From assembly GCA_038087875.1 (NCBI GenBank), contig CM075991.1, positions 14,014,001 through 14,078,000 of the forward strand: a stretch of DNA of 64,000 nt, written 5' to 3'. The position numbers and the translations under genes are program-made. Below are positions 23,928-36,785 of this stretch, piece after piece. The notes below the pieces were generated by a model. It was not told where the DNA came from. It saw only the letters and a program-made list of their open reading frames with translations, and did no database searches. The first letter of the stretch is position 1. Each line of letters opens with the position of its first letter. This stretch comes from Malacoraja senta (lineage: Eukaryota).

Positions 23928-24680
23928 AGGGGCTGTCCCACTGCGGCGACCTAGTCCGCGAATTCGGATGAGTGTCTTCGACCATCAAGCTCGAGGGCAC
24001 TCGCCTGAAAAAACCTCGAGCTGGATCGACCGTCAGCGATGAAACCGCGAGCTGGATCAACACGGCACGCACACACACACACAAACACATCGCAAAGGCG
24101 GGGGCCAGGGAAAGCGGGGGAGCGCTGTCTGAAATTCACACCCGCGGTGAAGAGGAAGGTGAAAGACAGCTGCACAGTGTACAGTAAGTCCGTTAGAGAG
24201 CGCAGAGAGGGGGGGGAGAGCAGGGGAGAGAAGGAGAGAGAAGGGGAGAGAAGGAGTGGAGATACTTTTAAGAAGTCAGACAACGTTTAATAAAGTTTGG
24301 CGGGCATTTAAACTATCGGTCGGTTTTCCTTGGTCCTGAAAACTCCAATGAGCCAATTAAAATGCCCAGTCAGCGAAGGAGATTGCCTACGGCTGCCCTC
24401 GACAGCCTGTAACTAAATAGCGACCCCACTCCACTGCACTACGAGTTCAAAAGAACCATGCCGACCAAATTTTACTCGCGGAAAATTTTGCAACATGCAG
24501 AAAAATTTTCCAAGACCTAGCTGAGGCCGCGAGCATTCGGGAGCTTCCCTCCAGCATGAAGGAGAGTTCCAGTGACCTTATAGGACCTCCTAGGACCACG
24601 TGTCGACCATGCCGCGAGTTTAAGTCGAGGGCAAACTCTTCTAAACTCGCAGATTAGGTCGCCCAAGTGGGACAGCCCCT
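23928..24680. mobile_element. Non-autonomous Harbinger/PIF-like DNA transposon
   Basis: TIRs AGGGGCTGTCCCACT..GGCGACCTA / TAGGTCGCC..AGTGGGACAGCCCCT; 3-bp flanks TCA/TTA. Confidence 0.75.
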
Positions 24681-25529
24681 TTAGTCTGAAGAAGCATCCG
24701 GACTCAGTCTAAAGAAGTTCAGTATTCCGACTGCACATGCCCAGGTCATAGGTCACTCGCGATAAACATTCTCGGGAATTCTTAGCGAATTTATGGAGGT
24801 CAAATCAATGGATATTTTTACGGCAGAGATAGATAGTTTTTTGATCATTTCGGGTGCTAGGGGTTATGGGGAGAAGGCAGGAGAATGGGGTTAGGAGGGA
24901 GAGATAGATCAGCCATGATTGAATGGCGGAGTAGACTTGATGGCTTAATTCTTCTCCTATCACTTATGCATCTGCAACAGCTTCATCCCCCAGGCCATAA
25001 GATTATTGAACAATCAATTAAACCGAGGCTAGAACTTTTTAAATATCGACACTTCTAAAAAAAAAAAAACTGGAGAGTCAAATGCAACGAAATTTCGTTC
25101 TAGGTGCACTGTGTATAGGTGTATATCTGAATGACAATAAAGTTTTCATTCTTTCATTCATTTATAAGCAATGTCTGTGCCAAACATGATGGCAAGATAA
25201 CCTAACCTCCTCTGCCTGTATGTGATCAATACCTCTCCATTACCAGCATGTCCATGTACCTGTCTAAAAGCCTCTTGAAACCAACCACTCTCTGTGAAAA
25301 ACCTGCCCTGCACATCTCGTTTAAACTTTGCCCCTCAAGTCTTTGACTTATCCACCCTGACAGCACCTGGGGTTGGGATTGAACTCAGATCTCTAGCACT
25401 GTGAGGCAGTAACACCACCAGCTGCGCCATTATGCTGGCACAAAGCTAGTAGCTTGGGGAGCTCTTTACTAAGCACCACGGGCTGAGAGTCCTCCTTTAA
25501 TATTGAAATATTTCTATAGTTCTATTCAC

Positions 25530-25845
25530 AGAGTCACACAGCGCGGAAACAGGCCCCTCGGCCCAACTTGCCCACACCAGCCAACATGTCCCGGCTACAC
25601 TAGTCCCACCTGCCTGCGTTTGGTCCATGTCCCTCTAAACCTGTCCTATCCATGTACCTACTTGCCTCTTAATTGTTGGGATAGTCCCTGCCTCAACTAC
25701 CTCCTCTGGCAGCTTGTTCCATACACCCACCACCCTTTGTGTGAAAAAGTTACCCCTCAGGTTCCTATTAAATCTTTTCCCCTTCACCTTAAACCTATGT
25801 CCTCTGGTCCTCGATTCACCTACTCTGGGCATCTCATCTACCCGA
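25530..25845 (-). mobile_element. CR1 LINE 3' fragment
   Basis: GESRTRGHRFKVKGKRFNRNLRGNFFTQRVVGVWNKLP. Confidence 0.8.
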
Positions 25846-26531
25846 TCTCTTGCAAGTGAAGGCTCCCCTGTCGGTGCAGTGTGACCCAGGACTGCACGAG
25901 TCATAGCCAAAAGTATGTGACCTTCTGAGTCCGCCACCATCCTGAAATCATCTGTAGCCTTTCCGCTGACTGGAGAGCATGCAACAAAAAGCTTTTCACT
26001 GTACCTCGGTACACATGACACCAAACAAATCAAAACAAAACTATTGATAATAGAAACGAAAATCTGGAGTGACTCAGTGGGACCGGCAGCATTTCTGGAG
26101 AAAACGGATTGGTGGCGTTTCGGGTCGAGACCCTTCTTCAGACTGAGAGTCCGGGGAAAGGGAAACGAGAGATATGGATGGTGAAATAGAGAGATATAGA
26201 ACAATGAATGAAGGATATGCAGACAAGATGACGATGATGAAGGAAACGGATGCGGGCTAGGTGAAAACGGGTTGCAGACAATGAAACTCACCAAGACGAC
26301 ATTGAAACTAATACAACGACTAGAGTGGGGGAGGGATGGAAGAGAGTGGGGATGCAAGCGTTACTTTAGTTAGAGAAATCAATATTCATACCATTGGGTT
26401 GCAAGCTGCCCAAACAAAATATGAGGTGCCCAAGCAAAAGCCAAACTAATCCTTCATTCTGCCCTTTGTACGATGCCTTTTCCCACTTCACTCTTTGTCA
26501 TGAAGGAGGTGAGCCACCATACAATATTCAA

Positions 26532-26884
26532 TAGACAATAGGTGCAGGAGTAGGCCATTCGGCCCTGCAAGCCAGCACCACCATTCACTGTGATCATGGC
26601 TGATCATCCACATTTAGTACCCCGTTCCTGCCTTCTCCCCATATTCCCTGACTCCGCTATCTTTAAGAGCTCTATCTAACTCTCTCTTGAAAGCATCCAG
26701 AGAATTGGCCTCCACTGCCCTCTGAGGCAGAGAATTCCACAGATTCACAACTCTCTGGGGAAAAAGGTTTTCCTCATCTCCGTTCTAAATGGCTTACCCC
26801 TTATTCTTAAACTGTGGCCCACTGGTTCTGGACTCTCCCAATATCGGGAACATGTTTCCTGCCTCTAGCGTGTCCACACCCTAA
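26532..26884 (-). mobile_element. CR1 LINE 3' fragment
   Basis: CR1 3' UTR and ORF2 C-terminus, similar to 29473-30030. Confidence 0.8.
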
Positions 26885-27117
26885 AGGGCCTGTCCCACTT
26901 ACGCGACCTTTACAGGCGACTGCCGACACCCGTCATAGGTTGCCGAAATTTTCAACATGTCGAAAATTCAGCGGTGACCTCTCACAACCATAGGAGATCT
27001 CTCACGATCATACAGCCTGTGGTCGTGAGAGTTCTCCAAAGAGTCGTCGCATATTTCTGGTCGCAGCTGAATTTTCAACATGTCGAAAATGTCGGCGACC
27101 AATGACATGTGCCGACC
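26885..27117. mobile_element. Truncated Harbinger-like MITE
   Basis: Starts TAA|AGGGCCTGTCCCACTT; no second TIR found. Confidence 0.55.
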
Positions 27118-27900
27118 CCTTATTCTTTGGTGCGAAGTCCTACAGTCACTGATGTTCATGTAAAGGATTGAGAACTCTTAACCAAAAGGACACAAAGTGC
27201 TGGAGTAACTCAGCGGGTCAGGCAGCATCTCTGGAGAACATGGACAGGTGACATTTCGGGTCCAGACTACTTCTTTAGACGTTCACAGCTCAGAACCTAA
27301 AGTTATTGAAACTTTGGAATTCCCTGTTCCGGGAGAGTCGGAGCGGTGAGATCATCAGAAATATTTAAGGTGGAGATAGATAAATTCTAAAGATAGACAC
27401 AAAATGCTGGAGTAACTCAGCGGGACAGGCAGCATCTCTGGGGAGAAGGAATGGGTGACGTTTCGGGTCCAGACCTTTCTTCAGGCTCCTAGGTCAACCC
27501 TGCACCATCTCTGGCCACAAGTATGTGACCGTGTGAAGTCACCACTCTCCTCCTGGAAGTTTAGGAGTACGTTTCAGACTGGAACAAGTCGGGAAACAGA
27601 GGCCTGCCTTTGGCTTCCTGAGAGGAAATGACTTTCAGATCCACGCAAGCGATTGATTTCAGGGGATAAAAAAAAGTAGCCACGTCTGTGTGGAGAGAGG
27701 TCTCTCTCTCTCTCTCTCTCTCTCACTCTCACTCTCTCTTTCTCTCTTTCTCTCTCTCTCAGACGCAAGCTCTGGGCTAAGATTCACTCCCTCGCCGCTG
27801 TTCTCTCTGGTCCCAGCCTCCTGACCCCCATCACACCAGCAGCGTTGCACAGGCCGGGTCGGGGACCGGCGTAATAGTGGGACACCCCTAAGTGGCAATG

Positions 27901-28000
27901 CTCCCCCTCTCCCCCTCTCCCCCTCTCCCCCTCTCCCCCTCTCCCCCTCTCCCCCTCTCCCCCTCTCCCCCTCTCCCCCTCTCCCCCTCTCCCCCTCTCT
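27901..28000. repeat. (CTCCCCCT)n 8-bp tandem repeat, about 12 copies
   Basis: Directly visible. Confidence 0.95.
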
Positions 28001-28271
28001 CACCTCTCGCAGGTCGCTCCTCGCGTCGGCTGCTCACCCCCTGGTCTCCCAACAGATGTCAGGATTAATGAAATCATGGGCAGCAGGGGTAGAGAGAGAG
28101 AGAGAGGGAGGGAGGAGTCCAAACTGGAAAACCCTCCACCTCTGCACTCCCGGGCGGCTGGATCCAGAAACACTTCATACGGGAAAAGGATGTTTAATCA
28201 CTTTAACTTTGCTGGGCTAAGAGAAAGCCCCCGGGACTCCAGCGCAGTGTTACTCTTTCCGTGTTCTCCAG

Positions 28272-28307
28272 AGTAACCAAGGACTGACTGACTCAACTCT
28301 TTTGTCT
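28272..28307 (+). other. Candidate 36-nt exon (or the 3' end of a first exon) of an unidentified gene
   Basis: Pyrimidine-rich acceptor TACTCTTTCCGTGTTCTCCAG ending at 28271; GTAAGT donor at 28308; frame 0 reads SNQGLTDSTLLS; lies in a unique, CpG-containing island. Confidence 0.3.
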
Positions 28308-29169
28308 GTAAGTAAGCCGGCTGTTGGGATCAAACCAGCAGTGGACTTGCAAAAAACAAAACTAACTGGATTCTGGATTAGATGCAAATGCTGTGCAATT
28401 GTTGCATTCATGTTTTAAGGGGTTCTCCCTTTATTATGGGGTTTGCAGAGTATCTGTGGTCCTGCTGCAAGTGAGAATGTCATTGAAGATTGCAGACACA
28501 AAGTGCTGGAGTAACTCAGTGGGTCAGGCAGCATAGAAACATAGACCTAGAAACGTGGTGAATAGGTGCAGGAGTAGGCCATTCGGCCCTTCGAGCCAGC
28601 ACGGCGCCATTCAATCCAAAATCAGTACCCCGTTCCTGCTTTCTCCCCCATATCCATTGATTCCGTTAGCCCTAAGAGCTAAAGAAAGAACTGCAGATGC
28701 TGGAAAATCGAAGGTACACAAAAATGCTGGAGAAACTCAGCGGGTTCCGGAGAGAGGAGGAGAACTTCTTCATAGTATTCCGGAGAGAGGAGGAGAACTT
28801 CTTCAAAGTTCTATATAACTCTATCTAACTCTCTCTTGAAAGCATCCAGAAAATTGGCCTCCTGAGGCAGAGAATTCCACATGTTCACAACTTTCTGGGT
28901 GAAAAAGAGCTATATGCGTGCACAGCCCGAAGTTGTAAGACAACTTGTTCTGTTTGATCTTCTGTTTGTGCACGCCAGGTTGATTGCATTCGTCGAAACA
29001 GGGTGGACCACGTGAAGGTTGCAATCTCCCATCCCAGAAGCATCTCTGGAGAGAAGGAATAGGTGAGGTTTGGGTTGAGACCCTACTTCTGTGTCTTCTA
29101 TTCCTATTCCTTCCCTCGAGAGATGCTGCCTGTCCCACTGAGTTACTCCAGCATTTTGTGTCTATCTTC

Positions 29170-29423
29170 CATCCCGACTATGGGTGCTGCCTGTACGGAG
29201 TTTGTACCTTCTCCCCGTAACCGCGTGGGTTTTCTCCCAGATCATCGGTTTCCTCCCACACTCCGTAGACGTACAGGTTTGTGGGTTAATTGGCTTGGTG
29301 TATGTGTAAATTGTCCCTAGTGTGTGTGGGATAGTGTTAATGTGCGGGGATCGCTGGTCAGTGTGGACTCGGTGGGCCGAAGGGCCTGGTTCCGGCTGTA
29401 TCTCTAAACTAAACTAAAATAAA
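29170..29423 (+). mobile_element. V-SINE, 5'-truncated
   Basis: V-domain plus tail with (CTAAA)n. Confidence 0.8.
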
Positions 29424-29472
29424 ACATGCACAGGTGACCTTTTAGGTTGGAGCCCTTTTGAATAGATGGAGT

Positions 29473-30032
29473 CAATAGACAATAGGTGCAGGAGTAGGCC
29501 ATTCGGCCCTTCAAGCCAGCACTGACATTCACTGTGATCATGGCTAATCATCCACATTCAGTACCCCGTTCCTGCCTTCTCACCATATCCCCCGACTCCG
29601 CTATCTTTAAGAACTCTATCTAACTCTCTCCTGAAAGCATCCAGAAAATTGGCCTCCTGAGGCAGAGAATTCCACAGATTCACAACTTTCTGGGTGAAAA
29701 ATATTTTCCTCATCTCCATTCTAAATGGCTTACCCCTTATTCTTAAACTGTGACCCCTTGGTTCTGGACTCCCCCAACATCGGGAACATGTTTCCTGCCT
29801 CTAGCGTGTCCAAACCCTTAATAATCTTATCTGTTTCAGTAAGATCCCTTCTCATCCTTCTAAATTCGAGAGTATACAAGCCCAGCCGCCCCATTCTATC
29901 AACATATGACTGTCCCACCATCCCGGGAATTAACCTGGCGAACCTATGCTGCACTCCCTCAATAGCAAGAATGTCCTTCCTCAAATTTGGAGACCAAAAC
30001 TGCACACAATACTCCAGGTGTGATCTCACCAA
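29473..30032 (-). mobile_element. CR1 LINE 3' fragment
   Basis: VRSHLEYCVQFWSPNLRKDILAIEGVQHRF...GESRT. Confidence 0.85.
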
Positions 30033-30149
30033 TCTATTACAGGATATGTTCTCCAGAGACGCTACCTGACACTCTGAGTTCCTCCAGCACTTTGTGCCTC
30101 TCTGAGTGTGCGGCCAATGTTATATCGTCTGGCCTGCCAGGTCTTGTGC

Positions 30150-30940
30150 ATTACCCATATCCCTCTATACTCTGCACTTCCATGTGCCTATCCAAAAGCC
30201 TCTTAAACACCACTATCATATCTGCCTCCACCACCACCCTGAACAGTGTGTGCCAAAACCTCCACCCCTCTCTGTGTAACAAACATGCCCCCCGACATCT
30301 CCAGTAAACTTTCCCCCTTCCACTTCTAGTGCTGGATATTTCCACCAGGGGAAAAGGTTCTGATTGTCTACCCTATCCATGCCTCTCATAGTTTTATATG
30401 TGTCTGTTGTCTCCCCTCAACCTCTGATGTTCCAGAGGAAACAATCCAAGTCTATCCAACCTCTTCCTGTGGCCTTGCACCCTCTCCAAAGCCTCCACAA
30501 TCTTCCAGTGACGGAGTGATCAGAACTGCATGCAATACTCCAAATGCAGCCTAACCAACTCTTAGAACTGTATCATGATTTCCTGACCATTATATTCAAT
30601 GCCCCTAGCAATGAAGGCAAGTATAACATTCGCCACCTTAACCACCGTACTTACTTATGCTGCCAACTTCAGCGAGCTATGAACTTGGACTCCAAGATTC
30701 TTCTGCACATCAATGCTGTTGAGGGTCTTGCCATTAACTGTATACTTTTACATTCAACCTCCCTAAGTACAACATCTCACACTAACTCAGGTTAAACTCC
30801 ATCTGCCATTTCCCCGCCCATCTCTGCAGCTGATCTATATCCCGCTGTGTCTTCCGACAGCCTTCCTCACTGTCTGTAACTCCTCCAATTGTGGTATTGT
30901 CAACAAACTTACTCAGCAAACCATCTCGATGTACGTCCAA
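30150..30940 (-). mobile_element. Older, decayed CR1 RT/C-terminal fragment
   Basis: SKFVDNTTIGG...QRDIDQLQRWAGKWQMEFN; VVEADMIVVFKRLLDRHM. Confidence 0.75.
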
Positions 30941-31150
30941 GCCCTCTAGATATCTATTCAAGAGAGAGTTAGATATAGCTCTTAGGGCTAACGGAATCAA
31001 GGGATATGGGAAGAAAGCAGGAACGGGGTACTGATTTTGGATGATCAGCCATGATCATATTGACTGGCGGTGCTGGCTGGAAGAGCCAAATGGCCTACTC
31101 CTGCACCTATTGTCTATGTTTCTATATTTAGAGAGAGTCAAGAGTCAAGA

Positions 31151-31334
31151 GTAGACAAAAATGCTGGAGAAACTCAGCGGGTGAGGCAGCATCTATGGAG
31201 CGAAGGAATAGGTGACGTTTCGGGTCGAGACCCTTCTTCAGTCTGAAGAAGGGTTTCGGCCCGAAACATTGCCTATTTCCTTCGCTCCATAGATGCTGCT
31301 GCACCCGCTGAGTTTCTCCAACAATTTTGTCTAC
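31151..31334. repeat. Imperfect ~184-bp palindrome made of two head-to-head Penelope-derived repeats with HHR cores (31214-31241 minus, 31243-31270 plus)
   Basis: ...GACGTTTCGGGTCGAGACCCTTCTTCAG-T-CTGAAGAAGGGTTTCGGCCCGAAACATT...; arms extend to GTAGACAAAA / TTTTGTCTAC. Confidence 0.85.
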
Positions 31335-31817
31335 CTTCGATTTTCCAGCATCTGCAGTTCCTTCTTAAACAAGTCAAGAGTGTTTTATTGTCATATGTCC
31401 CAGATGGGACAATGAAATTCTTACTTGCTGCAGCACAACAGAATATGTGAAGATGTAAACATTGTATATAATGGGGGAAGAGGAAAACAATAAAAAAGTT
31501 CAATGTAACACATGTAGTGATACAGATGAGCTCAGAAATACTATATTTGAAGATTTTCTGTCGTGCAGCTGGCAAAATGTCGCCTCAGGTAGGCGCCCTT
31601 AGATATACTTGTATACCCTGTAAAATGTTGTGCACGTGAATGAAAGGTGAAGGGGGGAATGGCGGGCAGCAATAGCCGGTCTTAATAGAAACTGACAGAA
31701 GGAGTCAGTAATCTAATGTTGGAGAATTCATCATTGAATGTGGAAAGGTGTCATGTACCTAGGTGGAAGATGAGGTGCTGTAACTCGAGATTGCACTGGG
31801 CTTGATTGTGAACCTCA

Positions 31818-32052
31818 AGGGCCTGTCCCACTTTCACGACCTTTTTTACTCGTGGGCGTTTTTCATCAGGCTAGAAAAACGCCCCGACCTACTTGATGCC
31901 ACGAGTACCTACGACTAGCATCACGGCCTGCTACGACCTACCTACGACCTCCTACGACCTCCTACGACCTCGTGACGACCATACTGCGAGTATGAGTCAA
32001 GGGCAAACTCGGCAGAGGTCGTGAATTAGGTCGTGAAAGTGGGACAGGCCCT
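31818..32052. mobile_element. Harbinger-like MITE inserted in a decayed Penelope fragment (~31700-32370, minus)
   Basis: Perfect 25-bp TIR AGGGCCTGTCCCACTTTCACGACCT; flanks TCA/TAA; internal CTACGACCT repeats. Confidence 0.8.
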
Positions 32053-32799
32053 TAAGGAGGCCACGGGGAGAGGGATCAGGGTGGGAGCGTGATGGGGGTT
32101 TAAAGTGAGAAGCAACAGGAAGCTGAGGGTCACTTCCGCTCTGCATGACGATCGGCCGGTCTGCACTCGGTTCCTCTTCTCGTGTGAAGGAGGCTACGTG
32201 GTAAACACCGAGTGAAGTACAGTAGTTTGGAAGAAGATCAAGAACCGCAGCCTTACCTGGAAAGGCCAAGGATGGTGGGAAGGGAAGAGGTGAAGGGACA
32301 GGTGTGGCACCTCCAGCAGTTGCAAGAAGTGTTACAGGGGGAGGTCAGAAGTGGCGGGAGAGGTCAGAAGTGCGGACCATGAAGTTACAAAAACATGTGT
32401 CGGAAGGAACTGCAAATGCTGGTTTATACCCAAGATAGACACAAAATGCTGGAGTAACTCAGCGGGCCAGACAGGTTCTCTGGGGAGAAGCAATGGGTGA
32501 TGTTTCGGGGCAAGACCCTTCATCAGACTGAAGACATCAGACTCAAGAAACTCCACCGTCGTCAGAAGCATTGGAAGTCTCATTCTGATGAAGGGTCTCA
32601 ATGCGAAGCGTCACCTATTCCTATGGGTGGGTTTTCTCCGGGAGCTCCCGTTTCCTCCCACACTCCAAAGATGTACAGGTTTGTAGGCTAATTGGCTTGG
32701 TATAATTGTATCAAAAATTGTCCCTAGTGTGTGTAGGATAGTGTTAATTGGTGTAAAAAAATTGGTGTTAAAAAGTGTAAATTGCCCTGTGTGTGTAAG

Positions 32800-32800
<1 letters not shown>

Positions 32801-32879
<79 letters not shown>

Positions 32880-33660
32880 TTTAAAACTTTATTTCGGACT
32901 CAAGGGCCAGACACGGGACAACATTACATAAAAATACATTGCATATAAAACATCATAAAATATATATCAAATCTTAGTATGTCACTGATAAAAGCATCAT
33001 AAATTATATATTTAAAAAAACACAATACATGAATTAAAATCCAGAATAAAAAAGAATGATCAATGTCCGACAACGAGACAACGATACCAGTGTCTCCACA
33101 ACTGGGATTCATAGCCTAAACCTTACATTTGACAAGGCCACAATAATTACATTTTTAAAGTCATTTATCCTGCAGATTAATTTATACATATGATTTCTTG
33201 GACTAGCTTCTAACGTACTGACTCCTGCAGCCACAAACATCTTACTAGCACTACACCATCTAGGTTTCCTTAGCAGTGTTCTCATGGCATCATGATAGGC
33301 CACCTTTAGTCTCTGCAGGCTTGCCTTTCCATAGTTCGACCACAGGTGCGCAGTATAGAGTGGTGCAATATGCTCTAAACAGCGACATCTTCACCACATC
33401 TGTACACGCACCAAACTTACGCAAGAGAATGTTCGCCTGTACATACAGCATGCGTTGTTGCCTATAAATATCCTCATCGTCTGTCATTTGTTCTGCCCAA
33501 GATATTTTAGCTTATTACAGACACTAAGATTATTGTCAGACAATTTAAAATCAGGACATTTTAGACATTTATCCTCTTTGGTTCTACAGATCATAACAGC
33601 ACTCTTACAAGCATTATATTTAATATCATGTTCCATACCATACAGCTGGATAGAACTAGT
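32801..33660 (-). mobile_element. RTEX-like LINE 3' fragment with an (ATT)n tail
   Basis: YNACKSAVMI...KYLG; DDEDIYRQQRMLYVQANILLRKFGACTDVVKMSLFRAYCT; AYHDAMRTLL...SASKMFV; (AAT)n at 32801-32880. Confidence 0.65.
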
Positions 33661-33991
33661 GTACAGGTGATCATTGGTTGGCACGGACTTGTGATGTTTC
33701 TGTGATGTATCTCTAACCTAAACTCCGTCTGAAGAAGGGTCTCGACCCAAAACGTCACCTATTCCTTCGCTCCATAGATGCTGCCTCACCCGCTGAGTTT
33801 CTCCAGCATTTTTGTCTACCTAAACAAAAGCATGATTGTTTCCAATTACTGAAAAGGGGATTGGGAGGGAAATGGGAGCCCTGGTAGAGGTGGTGATGGA
33901 TTAGCCTTCAGGTGATATTTGGCAGCAAGTCCCAGACCTTAGTCCCTGCAACAATGAAGGAAGATACAACTTGGAGAGAAACCTTGGAGGG

Positions 33992-34285
33992 TTTAGTTTA
34001 GAGATCCAGCACAGAAATAGGCCCCCCGGCCCACCGAGTACACGCCACCCAACGATAACCTGTACACCAGCTGTACCCTGCACACATGTGGCAATTTACC
34101 AAAACCAATTAACTTTCAAACCTGTACATCTTTGGAAAAAGGGAGGAAATCGGAGCACTCGGAAACCCCCCCACTCGATCACATGGAGAACGTGCAAACT
34201 CCATAAAGCCAGCACCCATAGTCAGGATTGAACCTGGGTCTCTGATGCTGTGAGGCAGCAACTCTACTGCTGCGCCACTGTGGCG
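33992..34285 (-). mobile_element. V-SINE (diverged)
   Basis: Head, V-domain and tail recognisable. Confidence 0.7.
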
Positions 34286-34370
34286 GAATTATGGTCTCGC
34301 CCTGCACCTGAAACCCCTCAGGTTATGGTCTTCCCTCTGGACATGGAACTGTCAGTTCTGGTCCTCATGT

Positions 34371-34721
34371 GGACCAGTAAACCACAAGTCCTGGTCTCTC
34401 CTTGCACCTGAACCCAGAGGTGGTGGTCTACCCCTGGACCAGTAAACCACAAGTCCTGGTCTCTCCTTGCACCTGAACCCAGAGGTGGTGGTCTACCCCT
34501 GGACCAGTAAACCACAAGTCCTGGTCTCTCCTTGCACCTGAACCCAGAGGTGGTGGTCTACCCCTGGACCTGAAACCCACAAGTCCTGGTCTCTCCTTGC
34601 ACCTGAACCCAGAGGTGGTGGTCTACCCCTGGACCAGTAAACCACAAGTCCTGGTCTCTCCTTGCACCTGAACCCAGAGGTGGTGGTCTACCCCTGGACC
34701 TGAAACCCACAAGTGCTGGTC
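34371..34721. repeat. 65-bp minisatellite, about 5.4 near-identical copies
   Basis: Units start at 34371, 34436, 34501, 34566, 34631 and 34696. Confidence 0.95.
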
Positions 34722-34889
34722 CTCTCCTGCCAACGACACTCCAGAAGCCCAACGCAATCCTCTGCATAATTGGCACCGCATCAAACATCACCTCCACGAC
34801 TGCACTGTGTGTACTGTGTACAACATGCACCTGCAGTTACTCGCCCTAGCTACTCCGACAGCACTTCCCAAACCCACCAAGGACAAAGG

Positions 34890-35198
34890 CACCAGGTGGA
34901 GGAAGGCTCTGCTCGAGCCGGCTGCCTGCCCCTTTTCCGGGGTTACGTCCGCACCCGGGTGGTGTTAGAGAGGGAGTACGCACTGTCCACGGGCGACCTG
35001 GGGGATTACTGGGACCGCTGGGCACCGCGGGGGGTTGAATGCATCCTGGACAAGGATTGTAACATAGTTGTATAATAGTTTATTTAGTATATTTGTTTGT
35101 CTTGTATTATGGTGGTGGGTTCTGGTTTGGTTTTATGGTATTGTATATCATGTTTTAATATTTGAATAAATATATTTGATTATATTTATTAAAAAAAG
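34890..35198 (+). mobile_element. Tx1-like (L1 group) LINE 3' end
   Basis: CLPLFRGYVRTRVVLEREYALSTGDLGDYWDRWAPRGVECILD-stop, then AT-rich UTR, AATAAA and poly(A). Confidence 0.6.
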
Positions 35199-36785
35199 AA
35201 CAAAGGCATCAGACCCAAGGAACTCCAACGACGGCAGAAGCTTTGCGATATGATACAATACATACAATACAATACAATACGATACAATACGATACGGTAC
35301 AATACGATACAACACAGTACGATACGATACAATAACGATATGATAGGGTACGATACGATAGAACTTTATTTATCCCAGGAGGAACATCGGTCCACCAACA
35401 GTCATAAAACACAACAAGATACATGAATCATGAAACTAAAAATGTCACACACACTTCCCAAAAGCACCATGGCAGGACCTTCTCTCGAAGGGTGGCAGCA
35501 GATGAGGGAGGTGACACCACGGGCAATGAAAGTTGCTGTTGTTCTTTAATTGAATACAACAAACAGGATGGTAACAGTCAAGTGAAGAGACGGGGGAAAG
35601 CCATTCTCAACAGCAAGCTTGTTTTAGATCAAGTTTAACAGAGGTCCCTGTTGCCGCAGGAAATTGCAGCGAATTGTGGACGCAGCCCAGACCGTCACAT
35701 AAACCAACCTCCTTTCTATTGACTCCATCTACACCTCACACTGCCTCGGCAAGGCCAGCAGTATAATCAAAGATGAGTCGCATCCCAGCCACTCCCTCTT
35801 CTCCCCTCTCCCATCAGGCAAATGGTATAGAAGTGTGATAACGCACAGCTCCAGATTCAGGGGCAGTTTCTTCACAGCTGTTATCAGGCAACTGAATCAT
35901 CCCACCACAACCAGAGAGCGGTCCTGAACTACTATCTACCTCATTGGTGACCCTCGGACTATCTTTGATCGGACTTTGCTGGCTTTACCTTGCACTGAAC
36001 ATTATTCCCTTATCATGTATCTGTACACAGTAAATGGCTCGATTGTAATGATGTATTGTCTTTCCGCTGACTGGATAACACGCAACAAAAGCTTTTCACT
36101 GTACCTTGGTACACGTGACAATAAACTGAACTGAACATATTTTGAGATGTGTTTGATCAAAGTTGTTTAATATAGATATGAATTTGAGGGTCTTGTTCAA
36201 GTGGATGTGAAGAGGATATTTGATACTTCCCACTCAGGGTGAACCTAGAACTGGGCATCACTGTTCAAAAATAAGGGGTGAAGGATTTAACGAGAAATAA
36301 AGCCTGTGTGTTTCTCTCAGAAGGTAATGAGTCATGTACATAAGTGATAGGAGAAGAATTAGGCCATTTGGCCCATCAAGTCCACTCTGCCATTCAACCA
36401 TGGCTGATCTGTCTCTCCCTCCTAACCTCTTTCTCCTGCCTTGTCCCCATAACCGTTGACACCTGTATGAATCAAGAATCTATCAATCTCTGCCGTAAAA
36501 ATATCCATTGACTTTGAAAAATATCCACAGCCCTCTGTGACAAAGAATTCCACATTGCCCTTGCAATGAATCATTGTGTCACAGAGTCATACAGCAGGCC
36601 CATTGCTCCAAGATGCCCCATCTACTCTGGAAGATATATAAAATGATGAGGGGCATAAATAAGGTGGAAGATCACAGTCCTCTTCTCAGGGTAGGGGAGT
36701 CTAAGGGTAGGGGAGGGCGGGTAGATCCAAGATCAGAGGGGTAAGATTTACAAGGGACTCAAGAGACAGATTTTTCATACAGAGG

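Noticed and set aside
25635..26357. 240-aa ORF
   Set aside because: Chance read-through across Penelope-derived repeat, LINE UTR and CR1 fragments
28745..28810. 33-bp tandem duplication
   Set aside because: Local two-copy duplication at a repeat junction with no sign of function
34371..34721. Possible CRISPR array
   Set aside because: Head-to-tail units with no unique spacers, no cas genes, and a vertebrate context
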